Assembly: GCA_964016885.1 (NCBI GenBank)
Contig: OZ024747.1
Location: forward strand, 88,536,001-88,600,000
Source of the DNA: Eledone cirrhosa
Lineage: Eukaryota
Length of the DNA: 64,000 nt
Direction: 5' to 3'
Part shown: one piece after another, positions 62,512-64,000 of the stretch
How positions within the stretch are numbered: the first letter of the stretch is position 1
How the letters are laid out: each line of letters begins with the position of its first letter
The notes under the pieces: model-generated
Database searches by the model: none
Told to the model about the DNA's origin: nothing
What the model saw: the letters and a program-made list of their open reading frames with translations, nothing else
Made by a program: the position numbers and the translations under genes

Positions 62512-62807
62512 TATAGTTAAATAAGATAACAAGGACGATTGGTTATTCTTTGATTACGTTTATTGGGGTCAGACGAGCCGCGGATTACAGAGTCAGGTCA
62601 GATCGATACAGATCGAACCTTGAGCTTGTCAGTGGCGAACTGCGCGTCACCAACCAATAAACGTAATGAAGGAGTAACCAATCGTCCTTGTTATCTTATT
62701 TAACTATAATAAACTCTGTATAGCTCTACACCTCGACACTGAAGTGAACCTAAACATCGAGTGCTCACCCTGGTGAACCTACAGTAACTCCAAGTTACAC
62801 TCCCTGG
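62512..62807 (+). mobile_element. Family C short element: ~55-bp IR enclosing a hammerhead-like motif, plus tail
   Basis: IR 62512-62566/~62654-62708; CAGACGA 62570-62576; GAACUGCGCGUC (damaged GAAAC); tail matches 49597-49695. Confidence 0.75.
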
Positions 62808-63360
62808 ATATATATATATACACACTAGGTCTGAACATAAAGGAACCAAACTCCCACTGTCACTGCCTCCGTCTCTCCCACTCTCATCATCTCTCACAAA
62901 TATGAGCAAATGGGGGCCCATGCGTTGGCCACCCCGTGGCCCCGGCGGACAGAATAGAGAAGGCGTCTGTGAGGAAAACGCTCTGGACGAGCCATTCCAG
63001 CTCGCGAGGCTCACACCTGCAGGTAGCTAACTCTGTGTCGATGGTGGTGAGCAGGGAGGTGGGGTGGCCCTACAGCCAATGACACCAGAAGTCTCCACTG
63101 CCACGGACTCGACCACAAACCTGTAGGAAAGGAACTAAACTTTAAGAAAAGAAGAGGTAATGAATTGCTGATATAGTTGATCATCGAAATATTGTGGTCT
63201 ATATTTAATGATTTTTCTTCGAAGGGTTACAACGTCGAATCTGTGAACTGATTTCAGATTCCACTGAAAGCAATTTCGCTTTTCAGTATTCAGGAAGTAA
63301 CAGAATAGAGGTGGAATCGATTCTTATCATTCCCTCTCTCCCTCTCTTTCTTTCCCTTTC

Positions 63361-63556
63361 CAGATCTGTCAACTCTTCCCGTCCGACGGAGAGATTTGCA
63401 ATTGCCTTTGGGGTGGGTGAGAGATGTCTTCTCTTGTGAAAATGGGTATAGCTTTCATTATGTAAAATTTCCCCATTTTGCCTAATTTCTTCCCGTTTTG
63501 GGGCACTTTTTTTTCGTGATACTTCCCGTTTGAGTTTTTAGGGGTTGGCAGGTCTG
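63361..63556 (-). mobile_element. MITE, TSD CCTTTC/GCTTTC
   Basis: Both TIRs; 5/6 flanking duplication. Confidence 0.88.
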
Positions 63557-63569
63557 GCTTTCTCCCATT

Positions 63570-63766
63570 TTGTTTCCACCTTTGGCACAAGGCCAGCAAT
63601 TATCCCAGTGTATTACTGGTACTTTATTTTATTAACCCCGTAAGGAGGAAAGGCGAAGTTAATCCCGCCGAGATTAACTTTGCCTTTCATCCTTACGAGG
63701 TCGATAAAATAAAGTACCAGTAATGCATTGGGATAATTGCTGGCCTTGTGCCAAAAGTAGAAACAA
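63570..63766. mobile_element. Fold-back (head-to-head) SINE 3' halves
   Basis: 95-bp arms, 7-nt spacer CCGCCGA. Confidence 0.85.
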
Positions 63767-64000
63767 TTATATTTCACCCTGGATTGTATTTGCCTTATCA
63801 ATTTGCTGATTCGGTTTGAGAATCGCATTACCATGTTTATTTTATGACTAGGAATTCATTTATCCGAAAAACTGAACTCAAGATCGTCAGAGACTTCACC
63901 CCGCTTGGATTAGAGTTCAAGCCTTACCGATTGGCAATGGCTGCCCGATAAAAATTAATATTCATCAAATAATTCATGGATCGATAAGTTCAATTGCAAT

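Overview
AT-rich, microsatellite-saturated eukaryotic non-coding DNA. The dominant tRNA-derived SINE and the repeat landscape look like an octopod cephalopod, which is an inference. I cannot support any host protein-coding gene, and almost all ORF-track entries are translations of (AT)n, (AC)n, (AG)n or (GGT/GAT)n. The window contains about 30 SINE copies, about 10 copies of a ~190-bp MITE with 6-bp TSDs, and decayed fragments of RTE, CRE and R4/Dong LINEs, a mariner transposase and a Penelope-like element (PLE; RT plus GIY-YIG). The main signal is a set of short, non-coding elements embedded in (TA)n that share an inverted-repeat-plus-tail architecture typical of PLE pseudo-LTRs. Several carry type I hammerhead ribozyme (HHR) folds. 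Canonical cores occur at 9053-9091, 47646-47700 and 51237-51329, and recurrent U4-variant cores (CCGACGA, CAGACGA, CAGAAGA) occur in other families. Two families share a long, covarying helix-II extension, one family is a palindrome retaining only the 3' half of an HHR, four families share a YRTHGAGTRCTC tail motif, and one direct-repeat family carries a covarying, possibly pseudoknotted RNA fold that I cannot assign. All folds were derived by eye and none is experimentally or computationally verified.
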